Source of the DNA: a virus
DNA: 64,000 bases
Strand: one strand, 5' to 3'
Virus record (IMG/VR): IMGVR_UViG_3300042375_000763
Coordinates: 1-64,000 of that record
Shown piece by piece: positions 20,141 to 29,773 of the stretch. How positions within the stretch are numbered: the first letter of the stretch is position 1; each line of letters begins with the position of its first letter. The notes below the pieces were generated by a model, which saw only the letters and a program-made list of their open reading frames with translations, was not told the origin of the DNA and did no database searches. Position numbers and translations under genes: made by a program.

Positions 20141-20737
20141 TTACTCGAAAAAGTGTTCTTTGACAATATCTGAAAATTTTTTTCGATTTATTTCCAAAAA
20201 TGGATAATATTTTTTGGATAGTCTAATAATATCACCTGCCACGATTTTGTCAACTACTTCCTTTGACCATCGTTCATAAACATTTGAAATGTTTGCTAAA
20301 ATTGTAAACGTTTCAATGGATATTTTGTTTTGTAAATATAGTGATATTACATATGGGTGCTGACCATTAACAGGGATAAAATTCTCTGCATAATTCTCTT
20401 TTAATCTAGAGAGATCATTTTTGAATATGTATGTTATTGAGTCAATTCTGCCTTCCCATTCAGCAAAAATAGTTTCGGCATTTTCTTCTAATATTTCTCT
20501 TACCCAGATGTTTGGGTTTTTAAGTATATTAGCCAATATCATATTATGCCAATCTTTTTTCTTTGATAGTTTATAGAAAAAGAAAACATCATTTCTAGTG
20601 GAAAAACTATCAAATGATGCTCTTACTTTTCCATTATATTTTTGGTAATCGTAACTATCAGTAGTAAAATGTCGCTTCAGTGCCAGATAATCGACATAAA
20701 CACGAAACGATTCATCAGTCGCATAGTTTATTGTCAT
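20141..20737 (-). CDS. gp59: Helicase loader (gp59)
   Basis: YLALKRHFTTDSYDYQKYNGK, ISIETF; synteny gp33-gp59-gp32. Confidence 0.9.
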   Translation of the reverse strand: MTINYATDESFRVYVDYLALKRHFTTDSYDYQKYNGKVRASFDSFSTRNDVFFFYKLSKKKDWHNMILANILKNPNIWVREILEENAETIFAEWEGRIDSITYIFKNDLSRLKENYAENFIPVNGQHPYVISLYLQNKISIETFTILANISNVYERWSKEVVDKIVAGDIIRLSKKYYPFLEINRKKFSDIVKEHFFE

Positions 20738-20948
20738 TTTTATCTTTTTTCACCAATTTCATATTAATAGCTTCGGATCTAATCTTTTCTTTCATTACAG
20801 TTGATTTTTTCACAATTTCTGCAATTGTTTCTATTTCAACATTTCGTGTTTTGGCATATTCAACCAATGCATCAATATAGGGAACTCCCATTGAAAGCAT
20901 TCTTGCAATTTCAAAATGAATCTTTTCAGGAGTTTGTGTTTCTATCAT
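20715..20948 (-). CDS. gp33: Late transcription coactivator (gp33)
   Basis: YIDALVEY...EIET...KEKIRSEA; synteny. Confidence 0.85.
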   Translation of the reverse strand: MIETQTPEKIHFEIARMLSMGVPYIDALVEYAKTRNVEIETIAEIVKKSTVMKEKIRSEAINMKLVKKDKNDNKLCD

Positions 20949-21148
20949 CCGTTAAGAACCTGAATTGAGCCTAACCAATTAGATGCCATACTTTCGACAA
21001 ACAAGACTGAAGAATTTTTATATGGTACTTTTTTAATACTTCCGGCTGGACTATAATACTCTATGTAATAGTCTGTTTCGGTTTCTTGATGAATTTCTGC
21101 ACGATATTGACCGTGATCGCTTTCTTTAAATATAGTTTTTAATAGCAT
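20945..21148 (-). CDS. Hypothetical protein
   Basis: ORF with SD, coupled to gp33. Confidence 0.55.
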   Translation of the reverse strand: MLLKTIFKESDHGQYRAEIHQETETDYYIEYYSPAGSIKKVPYKNSSVLFVESMASNWLGSIQVLNG

Positions 21149-21161
21149 AACTTTCCTTCCA

Positions 21162-21800
21162 TTAATTTTTAACTAAAAAACCGATCCTGGGAAGATCTAA
21201 AAACCCGGCGGCACCATCGTAGTTAATAATATAACTATAACCTAATTTTGTATATTTGTCAACTACTTCCTCATCGCCCTTCCAAACAGGTATCAGTTCA
21301 TTGTAGTCTGGATCAGGTGATGTTCTTAAATGTACTTCGATTATTTTATCATCAATATATTCTATATTAATCTTATCAAGATCTGCTAGTTCATGAAACA
21401 TTATTCCAATATTAGGGTAAAAATCTGTTCTAATCCACTTTGTAAATTTTGAAAGGTTTTCATCTTCCTTAATACCTTGCCAGCACGATATTGGCTCCCA
21501 TCCACCAGGATAGTCCTTCCATTGATATGTCACTGAATACTGATTACCATAAAACCATTCACACCAAAAATAACCAGGTGGTACTTTAGTGCAATCATCA
21601 GTGTCAATCCATATTTTCTTCGCTCCGACACCCATACCCAATAAATTTATCATGGGTCGAGTGATATAAAATCCAGAAGTTTTTGGTGCTATGCCCGCAG
21701 GCCCGCAATTATAACCAAGTTGTTCAGATAACCAAAGTTTATTGTACCAATGTCTTAAATGCGAATAAGACTGATAGGCATCAACATCAGTATCTACCAT
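21162..21800 (-). CDS. Conserved phage protein, possible ATP-grasp-like fold
   Basis: YNKLWLS..LGY.CGPAG, RPMINLLGMG, NIEYI..KIIEVHLR. Confidence 0.55.
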   Translation of the reverse strand: MVDTDVDAYQSYSHLRHWYNKLWLSEQLGYNCGPAGIAPKTSGFYITRPMINLLGMGVGAKKIWIDTDDCTKVPPGYFWCEWFYGNQYSVTYQWKDYPGGWEPISCWQGIKEDENLSKFTKWIRTDFYPNIGIMFHELADLDKINIEYIDDKIIEVHLRTSPDPDYNELIPVWKGDEEVVDKYTKLGYSYIINYDGAAGFLDLPRIGFLVKN

Positions 21801-22469
21801 TTAAATAATCTCGGGAAATAAACACTTGCTTACAAAGAAATCAACGTCTTGCTCGTCAAGACCTAATGCCTTCATAGTTCGAGGTGTATGGGGATTTTGT
21901 TTTTGATAGTGGGCATATTTATTATGTGCATACGACGAAGGCATATCATCTATCACCTGCATATTCTCAACATACCATTTCGTGTTTGCTATGACTAGTG
22001 ATGTAAGACGATACAACTCTTCGTCCGTTTGGATGTTGCCAGCTGCTACCATATTCCCTGAGAAGATTGCTCTCGCCCAATCTGGCAACTCTCGCTGTTT
22101 ACCCCATGTATACTGAGACACTTCATCGGCAAAGTATGTGAGTGCAGGGTCATTAAGGTTTGCTGGGGAAAAATCGTGAAATGCGCCGGTGATCTTTGTC
22201 GGCCCCGATATAATATCGAAACCATATATAGGAGCTCCGGACTGCAGTTGTGGGAATACACACACGTGCATCATCCACAACTTTTTGGTTTCTCGCGCAT
22301 CCACAACATCGATGTGTGCTCGTCTAAACTTTTCAGACTTCCATGTTCGATTAATCCATCCTGCTTGATTAAACCGCTGGGTGTGTTCTTCATCATATCG
22401 AACCATATTTTTGTCGAATATGTCTTCGATATCACGTTGCAGCGTTATTAGGTGGTCCCATATCGGCAA
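21801..22469 (-). CDS. pcyX: Ferredoxin-dependent bilin reductase (PcyX/PcyA type)
   Basis: FRRAHIDVVD, MMHVCVFP, PIYGFDI, GAFHDFSP, LPDWARAIFS, QKQNPHT; adjacent to a heme oxygenase. Confidence 0.85.
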   Translation of the reverse strand: MPIWDHLITLQRDIEDIFDKNMVRYDEEHTQRFNQAGWINRTWKSEKFRRAHIDVVDARETKKLWMMHVCVFPQLQSGAPIYGFDIISGPTKITGAFHDFSPANLNDPALTYFADEVSQYTWGKQRELPDWARAIFSGNMVAAGNIQTDEELYRLTSLVIANTKWYVENMQVIDDMPSSYAHNKYAHYQKQNPHTPRTMKALGLDEQDVDFFVSKCLFPEII

Positions 22470-23010
22470 AGCTATTCTCCAATTCTTCCATGAATGTTTT
22501 AATCATATTAAAGCAGACTTTTGCTTCATCGGCAAGCCCATCATGTAACTTTGCCCGAACTTTTTCTTTTAATTCACTAACATCGGTCTCAAATTGATAG
22601 TGTTGACCAGAACCGTGTATAAATTTTTTTATAATCTGACCACCAGAAAGATCACCCATATGTCGAACATATATATGTGCCAAAAGTTTTTCTGGCTCTT
22701 CGTGTATCTTGTAAATATAGCGCATATAGTCACTAGTACTTTTCAAATGAATAGGAATCTCAAATCCATATTCCTTTTCGAGTTCCTTTAGATCTTTTGC
22801 AATGGCATTTCCACGCTTGATATCTTCAATACCTATTAGAACACCGGCATCAGTTGCATGTGTCTCTAAAGTAGTATACATGAGGAACTGATTACAAAGA
22901 TAGATATAATATTGATATGGTGTTATCTCTTTTTTGAGTAATTTCTTTACAAAAAGAGACCTTTCAGCATTCTTGTGCTGTTCATGTGTCAATTCTTTTA
23001 AATTATTCAT
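22432..23010 (-). CDS. hemO: Heme oxygenase
   Basis: LKELTHEQHKNAE, AHIYVRHMGDLSGGQII. Confidence 0.92.
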   Translation of the reverse strand: MNNLKELTHEQHKNAERSLFVKKLLKKEITPYQYYIYLCNQFLMYTTLETHATDAGVLIGIEDIKRGNAIAKDLKELEKEYGFEIPIHLKSTSDYMRYIYKIHEEPEKLLAHIYVRHMGDLSGGQIIKKFIHGSGQHYQFETDVSELKEKVRAKLHDGLADEAKVCFNMIKTFMEELENSFADMGPPNNAAT

Positions 23011-23216
23011 GGCTTGCAAATATTTGAAACCTTGCAACCATCGAGTGTAATTTTGGTAAAATCTTCAAAATTCTTAGTTATTATTTTACACAATTCTGAT
23101 TGTTTGTCAACAAAATTGTAAAGACCTTGCTTTATTCTTTCATCAGTCACAGTTGCATTTACAAATTGTTTTTTGGTGGATTGTATAAAGTCAATCATGA
23201 AGTTTACATTATTCAT
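23007..23216 (-). CDS. Hypothetical protein
   Basis: SD AGGAG; coupled to hemO. Confidence 0.6.
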   Translation of the reverse strand: MNNVNFMIDFIQSTKKQFVNATVTDERIKQGLYNFVDKQSELCKIITKNFEDFTKITLDGCKVSNICKP

Positions 23217-23265
23217 GTTAGTCTCCTTGTATAAAGAGGGAACTTAATTGATCCCTCTTATTTTT

Positions 23266-24159
23266 TTACCAGAATTTCAGTTTCTTTACTACGTTTTTAG
23301 CACCATCTGAAATAGTATTTACAACAGTAGTTCCGGTATTCACTACAGTTGTTGCAGCTTGAGTAGTTACATTAGCAGTATCATTTGCTACATTTACTAC
23401 TGCTACTTGTGCTGGTTTAGTATCAACACTGACACTAGTATTAACTTCAACACCCGCTAGTAATGCAACTTCACCACTTACACCAACGGTAGCAACACCA
23501 TGATCCATAGTGGCACCGCCGCCGACTTCAGCACCTACTTGAACCCCTATACTAGCACCAGCGCCCGCACTGGCTCCATTACCATTACTGTCATATGCAC
23601 TGGTTGTATTTTCTACACCAACACTTGCACCTGCGACAGCACCAGCATGACCCGCAACACCATCTTTACCAACTTGTACGTCAGCTCCAGCACTTGCTCC
23701 TGCCTCTGCTTTAACAGTTGTTTCATTTTTTACCGTAACATCACCAACTTGTTGACTAATGCTAGCACTCGCTTCTGCGCTTACACCCGCTTCAACACCG
23801 ACTTGTGCATATGCATTACCATCTGTAAATCCTGCTTGAGCTCCTGCTGTCGCATGTGCTTCGGCACCTGCATGTGCTTCTACTGATGTGTCACCATAAG
23901 TTGCACTTGCTCCTGCTTCTGCACTTACACCTACTTCGGCAGATGCAGCAGCACTTGTATTAGTTATTTCTGTTCCTGCTGTCGCATGTGCTTCGGCACC
24001 TGCATGAGCTTCTAAATTAACTCCGCCGACCGTAGTTTCAGTAGTTACCTCTTTGTTTACACTTGCACTTGCTCGTGGATTAATATCCGTACCAGCTGTG
24101 AAGTCACTAGATGCTTTAGTTTTAAGACCTTTTTTATCTTTTTTTGTTTTATTTGCCAT
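23266..24159 (-). CDS. Ala/Gly/Val/Thr-rich repetitive protein
   Basis: Repeated EAHAGAEAHATAG and alternating beta-strand pattern; late promoter at 24220-24227. Confidence 0.65.
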   Translation of the reverse strand: MANKTKKDKKGLKTKASSDFTAGTDINPRASASVNKEVTTETTVGGVNLEAHAGAEAHATAGTEITNTSAAASAEVGVSAEAGASATYGDTSVEAHAGAEAHATAGAQAGFTDGNAYAQVGVEAGVSAEASASISQQVGDVTVKNETTVKAEAGASAGADVQVGKDGVAGHAGAVAGASVGVENTTSAYDSNGNGASAGAGASIGVQVGAEVGGGATMDHGVATVGVSGEVALLAGVEVNTSVSVDTKPAQVAVVNVANDTANVTTQAATTVVNTGTTVVNTISDGAKNVVKKLKFW

Positions 24160-24240
24160 TATTTAATTTTTCCCAGTTGTATAAATGTAATAAGAAGAGG
24201 AGACATTCATCCCCTCTTCTATTTATAATTTACAGTGAAA

Positions 24241-25203
24241 TTATTTTAAATCAGCAACTGCTGCTTGTGTTGCAGCAAGTTCTGGATCAGGAACTAAACC
24301 GTATGCAACAAGCGCTCCATTTGGTCCTGCCATTTCATCACTGACAAAAAATGCAATGTATTCTTTGAGGCCTGGGATTACTTGGAGGTGTGCATTCTTT
24401 ACATAGAAATACAATGGGCGACTGATAGGATAATCACCACTTGCGATTGTTTCTACGTCTGGAAATATACCATTAATAGTTGCTACCTCAAGCTTGCTTG
24501 TATTGTTTTGATAAAAACTTAGGCCGAATACACCAAGCGCGGCTGGATTAGCATCTAGACGAGCAAGAGTTTCGGTATAGTCACCGTCAATATCAACTGC
24601 AGCGCCATCTGTGCGAGTTTTAGTGCAGGATTTCTTTTGGTCATCGTCTAATTTTTCAACTCCAAGAGCTGCTTTACACCCTTGTTCCATAACTTTAACA
24701 TCAAATACTTCTCGTGTTCCATGTTTTGTTCCTGGAATAAATGCAAGAATTTTAGCATCCGGTAAAGCTGGATCAACTTCATTCCACCTTTGCGCAGTAC
24801 TAGAAGCATGTAAAGCATTGTATAGTTGCAGTGGAGTTAAATCATCAATATTTAGTTTATCAATATTTGATGCAAATACAATTCCATCATACCCAATGCG
24901 AACTTCAGTAATTTTACCTACTTTTGCTTCACATGCAGCCCATTCTTCATCTTTCATCTTAGAAGAACTATTTGCAATATCTACCGTATTTTCACCGGTC
25001 CCTTCACATAGTTTCTTTCTACCTGCACCTGAACCACCCCCTTCGACAACCGGTGATGGAAATTCAAAGTTTTCTCCAAATGCTTCGGCAGCAATGGTTG
25101 CATAAGGTAGAACAGTTGATGAACCTGTTACTTGGATATTGTCTCTTGCAAATGCAGTAGACGCTGCTATAATTAATGCTGCACTTAGTATTACTGTTTT
25201 CAT
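24241..25203 (-). CDS. pstS: Phosphate ABC transporter substrate-binding protein
   Basis: Signal peptide, GSSTV, GGSGAG, DIANSS, GYDGIV, YPISRPLYFYVK. Confidence 0.93.
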   Translation of the reverse strand: MKTVILSAALIIAASTAFARDNIQVTGSSTVLPYATIAAEAFGENFEFPSPVVEGGGSGAGRKKLCEGTGENTVDIANSSSKMKDEEWAACEAKVGKITEVRIGYDGIVFASNIDKLNIDDLTPLQLYNALHASSTAQRWNEVDPALPDAKILAFIPGTKHGTREVFDVKVMEQGCKAALGVEKLDDDQKKSCTKTRTDGAAVDIDGDYTETLARLDANPAALGVFGLSFYQNNTSKLEVATINGIFPDVETIASGDYPISRPLYFYVKNAHLQVIPGLKEYIAFFVSDEMAGPNGALVAYGLVPDPELAATQAAVADLK

Positions 25204-25268
25204 TCAATATCTCCATATTAAGAGGCCTGCATTTTGCTTCCCCTGTAGGACTAATTTATACTACAATT

Positions 25269-25308
25269 GTAACAGCCGTATAAATTCTATATTATAGTTT
25301 TGTAAAAT
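25269..25308 (-). promoter_or_regulatory. Putative Pho box upstream of pstS
   Basis: ATTTTAC-AAAA-CTATAAT-ATAG-AATTTAT-ACGG-CTGTTAC: four units at an 11-bp period resembling CTGTCAY. Confidence 0.45.
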
Positions 25309-25320
25309 TAATGAAGGCCC

Positions 25321-25578
25321 TTACGAGCCTTCACCTTTTCTTGTTGACGATGACACAAAGTTATAAAGTGCAGAAGCACGAGTTATGACTTCTTCTGGTG
25401 TATACATTGTAGGAGAGTTTTGTTCAACAAAATTATTTACTCCGCCAATGTCTGTAGTTCGCAATGTCTCAACTTGTTGATTGAATTTTTGCTCTTTCAA
25501 AAACATTTCTCTGTCTAGCATTTCTTGTGCCATTTTCAAAACATCAAGTCGAACTTCGAAGGGATTCTTATTATTCAT
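25321..25578 (-). CDS. Conserved hypothetical phage protein
   Basis: NPFEVRLDVLKMAQEML...EVITRASALYNFVS. Confidence 0.7.
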   Translation of the reverse strand: MNNKNPFEVRLDVLKMAQEMLDREMFLKEQKFNQQVETLRTTDIGGVNNFVEQNSPTMYTPEEVITRASALYNFVSSSTRKGEGS

Positions 25579-26380
25579 CTTTTGATACTGAAGCAGTTCG
25601 TTCTTGGTCAGTAAAAGCAGTTGCCACATAAAGAGCTGCCACGCCGTCGTGGCCACTATATTCACCAGTCGCATAAGCTGATTTCATACGAGACGTCATA
25701 GCAGATGCAGAACGCATTGTGTTACCCATTGAAGCGGTATCATATTGCATAGTATTATTGGAATTGAAACCAAGTGCAGAACCTGCAGCAAATGCATTGA
25801 TATTTGCACCGAGGAACATAAAGCCCCAGTTTTTACCTTCTGCTTTTTCCACCATTTGTTTGACTGTAGTATTATTGAAAGTTCTGGAAGCATTTTCTGC
25901 ACCATCAGTCAAGATAGTGATAATGATAGAGTCACGATCTGCTTTCTTGTTTGCAGAAAGTTGACTATTGATCTGCATCATGACACCACCAATGGCATCA
26001 TAAAGGTTTGTGGTACCTTGTGGATCATATGTTTTTTCATTAAGATCTTGAACTTCATCTACAGTAACACGACTGAAAACACTGTTGACAGACGAACCGT
26101 CAAATTTATAAAGGGAAACAAAGGTTGGAATCCCCGTCTCCACTGCGTCTTTCTTTTGTGCTTGTAGGTACTCGTTATAGCCAGAGATCGTTGCAGCACG
26201 ACAGGACTGCATTGAGCCAGAATCGTCTAGAACAAAGATAATATGAGAGGTTTTTGTACCCGCGCGTTTCGGCTTGAACGCATCAGCAAGTGATACAGTT
26301 GGTTTTGAAACAGTAAGTGTTGTATGCGGGAGAATATTTACTTGTTGGTTTGGGAGTTTTGGAAAATTTACATATGTCAT
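25571..26380 (-). CDS. von Willebrand factor A domain protein
   Basis: MIDAS motif LDDSGSM, TNLYDAIG, ILTDGAENAS, FMFLGAN; start at MTYV because the upstream TTG lies inside the tmRNA. Confidence 0.88.
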   Translation of the reverse strand: MTYVNFPKLPNQQVNILPHTTLTVSKPTVSLADAFKPKRAGTKTSHIIFVLDDSGSMQSCRAATISGYNEYLQAQKKDAVETGIPTFVSLYKFDGSSVNSVFSRVTVDEVQDLNEKTYDPQGTTNLYDAIGGVMMQINSQLSANKKADRDSIIITILTDGAENASRTFNNTTVKQMVEKAEGKNWGFMFLGANINAFAAGSALGFNSNNTMQYDTASMGNTMRSASAMTSRMKSAYATGEYSGHDGVAALYVATAFTDQERTASVSKDE

Positions 26381-26409
26381 AATAGACCTTTCTATGTTGT
26401 GTGATGTGT

Positions 26410-26725
26410 GATGCAACTTTTCTGTTTCTAGGTAAGTTGCCAACCCACAGTACTTATGCTGCTAGAGCAAAAGCCTTAGGTGCGAAATTTTCATTTGCAT
26501 TTCTTATTTTATTGCGTTAACCGAGCTTTCGCCGGGTAGCTCCATCCTGCCTAGTGCGCCTGTCGATCCTATTTATCGCCCAGCAAAGATACCGATCGTC
26601 TTGTTTACATAAACTTATCTCGCCATATGATAGCAATGCTTCATACATCCAAGGGTTCCATAAACTGACCGGTATCTGTGGTGGACGATTCGGGTACCGC
26701 CCCCGAGTCCAGAACGTGTTCAGTG
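26410..26725 (-). ncRNA. ssrA: Two-piece (circularly permuted) tmRNA
   Basis: Acceptor piece ends ...AATCGTCCACCA at 26679. Coding piece starts GGGCGATAAATAGGATCGAC at 26581. G3-U70 pair. Tag reading frame ANENFAPKAFALAA* at 26498-26454. Outer ends are approximate. Confidence 0.93.
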
Positions 26726-26743
26726 AATATCATCACTACATAG

Positions 26744-26968
26744 TTATTTATTACATCTTTTTAAATATGCTTCTTCAAAATCATATTCATGTACACAATT
26801 TTCGTGATTACCCCAGATACGATCAAAGTAACCATTATATACACTCATGATTTCTTTTTCGCGCCAAGAGTCCGGGATAAGATGACCTTTCACAATCCAG
26901 AAGTATCTATTGGCTTCTTTTAATTCAACCTCTGTCATATCTTCTTTGTTTTTCTTCTTCTGAATCAT
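26744..26968 (-). CDS. Hypothetical protein
   Basis: ORF track; FWIVKGHLIP. Confidence 0.55.
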   Translation of the reverse strand: MIQKKKNKEDMTEVELKEANRYFWIVKGHLIPDSWREKEIMSVYNGYFDRIWGNHENCVHEYDFEEAYLKRCNK

Positions 26969-27030
26969 GTCTAGGTTTATCAGCCATTTAATCCTCCAAC
27001 AATTTTGGAGTATTTATCTATCCAAGAAGT

Positions 27031-27813
27031 TTATAATTTCTCGTAGTGAAATTGTAAAATTTGTTGAACTATACTTTCAAAGTTATCTAGATGTAACATA
27101 TTAGGACCATCAGAAGGTGCATTATCAGGGTCGGGGTGTACTTCTAAAAAGAAATTAGAAACACCTATAGCGCTAGCAGCTCTACATAGACCTGGTACAT
27201 AATTACGATTACCAGAACTTGAATCTCCAGCGCCACCAGGTCTTTGAACAGAATGTGTAGCATCAAATACGAGTTTAGTATTAAAATTATCTAATATGTA
27301 TTGCATACCAGTAAAGTCAACTACTAGATTATTATAACCAAAACTAGTACCTCTTTCAGTTATCCAGACTTCTTTTGCAGATGCTGTTTTTGAAAGTATT
27401 CCTGAGATATCCCAAGGTGCCAGAAATTGACCTTTCTTGATATTTACTATTTTACCTGTTTCACAAGCAGCAAGTATTAAATCCGTTTGTCGACATAAAA
27501 ATGCAGGTATTTGTATTACATCAACAACATCTTTAATATAAGAAATATGATCTTGTTCATGAATATCTGTAACTATTTTAATATCTTGTAAATCTTGCTT
27601 TATTTTCTTAAAATCATCAATAGTCCTAGAAATACCTAGTCCTCTTTTACCATTTATACTTGTTCTATTTGCTTTATCAAAACTTGCTTTGAAATAATAA
27701 TCTATATTGTACTTACGGCATATATCAGAACAATGTTTTGCTATTTCTAATGATTGTTTTAAACTTTCGTGTTGACAAGGTCCTGCTATAATAATCATTA
27801 ATTTAAATTTCAC
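27031..27813 (-). CDS. kdsA: KDO-8-phosphate synthase
   Basis: KASFDKANRTS, QIPAFLCRQT, NIKKGQFL, ERG.SFGYNNLVVD, FDATHSVQ, SDGPNM. Confidence 0.95.
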   Translation of the reverse strand: MKFKLMIIIAGPCQHESLKQSLEIAKHCSDICRKYNIDYYFKASFDKANRTSINGKRGLGISRTIDDFKKIKQDLQDIKIVTDIHEQDHISYIKDVVDVIQIPAFLCRQTDLILAACETGKIVNIKKGQFLAPWDISGILSKTASAKEVWITERGTSFGYNNLVVDFTGMQYILDNFNTKLVFDATHSVQRPGGAGDSSSGNRNYVPGLCRAASAIGVSNFFLEVHPDPDNAPSDGPNMLHLDNFESIVQQILQFHYEKL

Positions 27814-28159
27814 TTCCTATACTTCGGCGGACAATATCATCATGATTAAATTCAGCCCAATATAATTCAAATGCAACACCATCTTCAAGTCCTTCAAATT
27901 GATGAATCTTGCCGGGTTTGACTTGTGTAAAATCACCTGGACCAAGAATAGTTTCATCAACCAAGCCTTTTTGATCAGCATCTTGCCATACACGAACTAG
28001 CATTTTACCAGATTCAACAAAGAATCCATTCCATTTAAATCTGTGTTCGTGTTCACTGCATTTAAATCCTGATTTAAATTCAATTCTATGAAACTCAAGA
28101 ACACCGTTTGCGTGTATTAATTCGGTATTTCCCCAAATTTTTCCAGCTTTTATACCCAT
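27803..28159 (-). CDS. Cupin-domain protein (sugar isomerase-like)
   Basis: CSEHEH..KWNGFFVESG...HQF. Confidence 0.75.
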   Translation of the reverse strand: MGIKAGKIWGNTELIHANGVLEFHRIEFKSGFKCSEHEHRFKWNGFFVESGKMLVRVWQDADQKGLVDETILGPGDFTQVKPGKIHQFEGLEDGVAFELYWAEFNHDDIVRRSIGSEI

Positions 28160-28239
28160 AAGAACCTCCATATAAAAATGAGAGGCTAACCATAGGCCTC
28201 TCACGGGTTTATTTATGGGAACCAAACCTTGTTATAGAA

Positions 28240-28827
28240 TCAGAATTGAAGGGCAAGCTTAAGATTTAGATTGGTTTCATCTGCACCAGTATCAAAGCTA
28301 TGTGCTACACTTGGTGTAAGTGCAATATTGTCACTAAGTGCGTAACGTGCGCCAGCTTCTACAGAACCACCTTCTTGTGTCCAATCGGTACTCGCATTCC
28401 AAGTATATGACACTTGACTGTAAGCAGAAAGTTTATCATTTACACGATAACCGACACCAACGGTAGGAGTGGCATCCCATGCACCTTCATTAGCGCCAGA
28501 TGCAATGGTATATTCAGCTTCAGCGGTACCGTATACATTCAATTGGCCGAAATTTTTGGAAAGGCCATATGCTGCGGTGAGTGTAATATCTTCTGATTGG
28601 ATACCATACTTTGCACCAAAAGTTAGATCAGCATCTGCACCCATTACGGAATATGGAAGTACGGTTACAGTAACTGAAAGATCATTAGCTTGACCAGCAG
28701 TCGAAGAAATTCCAAAAGTCATATTGTCGCGCTCAAGTACAAGATCGACGCTGTTATTTTCAAAATCGGCAGCAAATACAGCGGTAGAAGCTAGAACTAG
28801 CGCGGCGGTAAGGATAATAGTTTTCAT
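28240..28827 (-). CDS. Outer-membrane beta-barrel protein
   Basis: Signal peptide, amphipathic beta strands, C-terminal Phe (LKLALQF). Confidence 0.75.
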   Translation of the reverse strand: MKTIILTAALVLASTAVFAADFENNSVDLVLERDNMTFGISSTAGQANDLSVTVTVLPYSVMGADADLTFGAKYGIQSEDITLTAAYGLSKNFGQLNVYGTAEAEYTIASGANEGAWDATPTVGVGYRVNDKLSAYSQVSYTWNASTDWTQEGGSVEAGARYALSDNIALTPSVAHSFDTGADETNLNLKLALQF

Positions 28828-29291
28828 TTTATTTCTCTCCATTGTTTATTTTCTTCACGTGTAATACCAAAGACATATTGATCTTTGAGATCACCTTCTT
28901 TTGTCATAAAGGATTTCGTGATAGTACCTTCATGTTTCCATCCGATTCTCTCGGAAACTTTTACCATAGATTTTAGTGGTGTGATACCATATAATTTCAT
29001 TACCTTAGAATTATTAAAGATTAAATCAGTCAAGAATATACCTGCCTTTAGTGATTTTATAGGGCTATTGTTTTTTGCAAACATGTGTACTCTTGCAAGC
29101 CATTTTGTTTCCGGAACAATGTATAAGATAAAACCATCTTTTTCTAGAGGTAGTGATTTTCCACTCTTAATATCTTGTTCAATATCAACAAAAATATCAT
29201 CTTTTGTTTTTTCGGGTGCTTGAAATATCCATGGGTCAATTTGCTCGTAAATAATTTGAGCAACTTCTTTATTCAAAATTGTATTATTCAT
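28824..29291 (-). CDS. GNAT-like protein
   Basis: ERIGWKHEG...DQYVFGITR. Confidence 0.6.
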   Translation of the reverse strand: MNNTILNKEVAQIIYEQIDPWIFQAPEKTKDDIFVDIEQDIKSGKSLPLEKDGFILYIVPETKWLARVHMFAKNNSPIKSLKAGIFLTDLIFNNSKVMKLYGITPLKSMVKVSERIGWKHEGTITKSFMTKEGDLKDQYVFGITREENKQWREIK

Positions 29292-29773
29292 TCTACTGTA
29301 ATTCGTTGACCAATTTCAAAGATTCTATCGGTATTTACTCGATAATAGTTACCATCAACTTCATATGTTATTTGATAGTGGTGAAACATTCGAGTTTCTT
29401 GGGGAATTTCCACAAGTTCACACCGCCATTCATAGACATAATCTACAACAGCCCGGCGATTACGACCGGCAGTATCAGCACCAACAATTGCACCAAGAAC
29501 AGTCATGGCATCTTTACCGTCACCTGATCCAAATTGATTTCCGATAGCACCACCAATAAGTGCACCCGCAAGAACATCTCCAGTCGAACCTTGTGTGTTT
29601 CCATAAATTGGAATTCGTTGTTCAAAACATTGTTCTTGAGTTTTATATGTATAGTCTGTGCTATATACGGCTTCTACATCAACTACAATACCTTGACGAG
29701 AATTATAACCATCTGCACAGGCGGTGGAAGCACCACACAAAATAGCTGTGGTAGCAAGAATGGTTTTGATCAT
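29288..29773 (-). CDS. Glycine-zipper 2TM protein
   Basis: GALIGGAIGNQFGSGDGKDAMTVLGAIVG. Confidence 0.85.
   Translation of the reverse strand: MIKTILATTAILCGASTACADGYNSRQGIVVDVEAVYSTDYTYKTQEQCFEQRIPIYGNTQGSTGDVLAGALIGGAIGNQFGSGDGKDAMTVLGAIVGADTAGRNRRAVVDYVYEWRCELVEIPQETRMFHHYQITYEVDGNYYRVNTDRIFEIGQRITVE

Noticed and set aside
25571-26443. vWA protein as the Ro60 partner of the clamp RNAs, and the tracked start at 26443
   Set aside because: It has only a vWA domain and no TROVE region. The 26443 start lies within the tmRNA.
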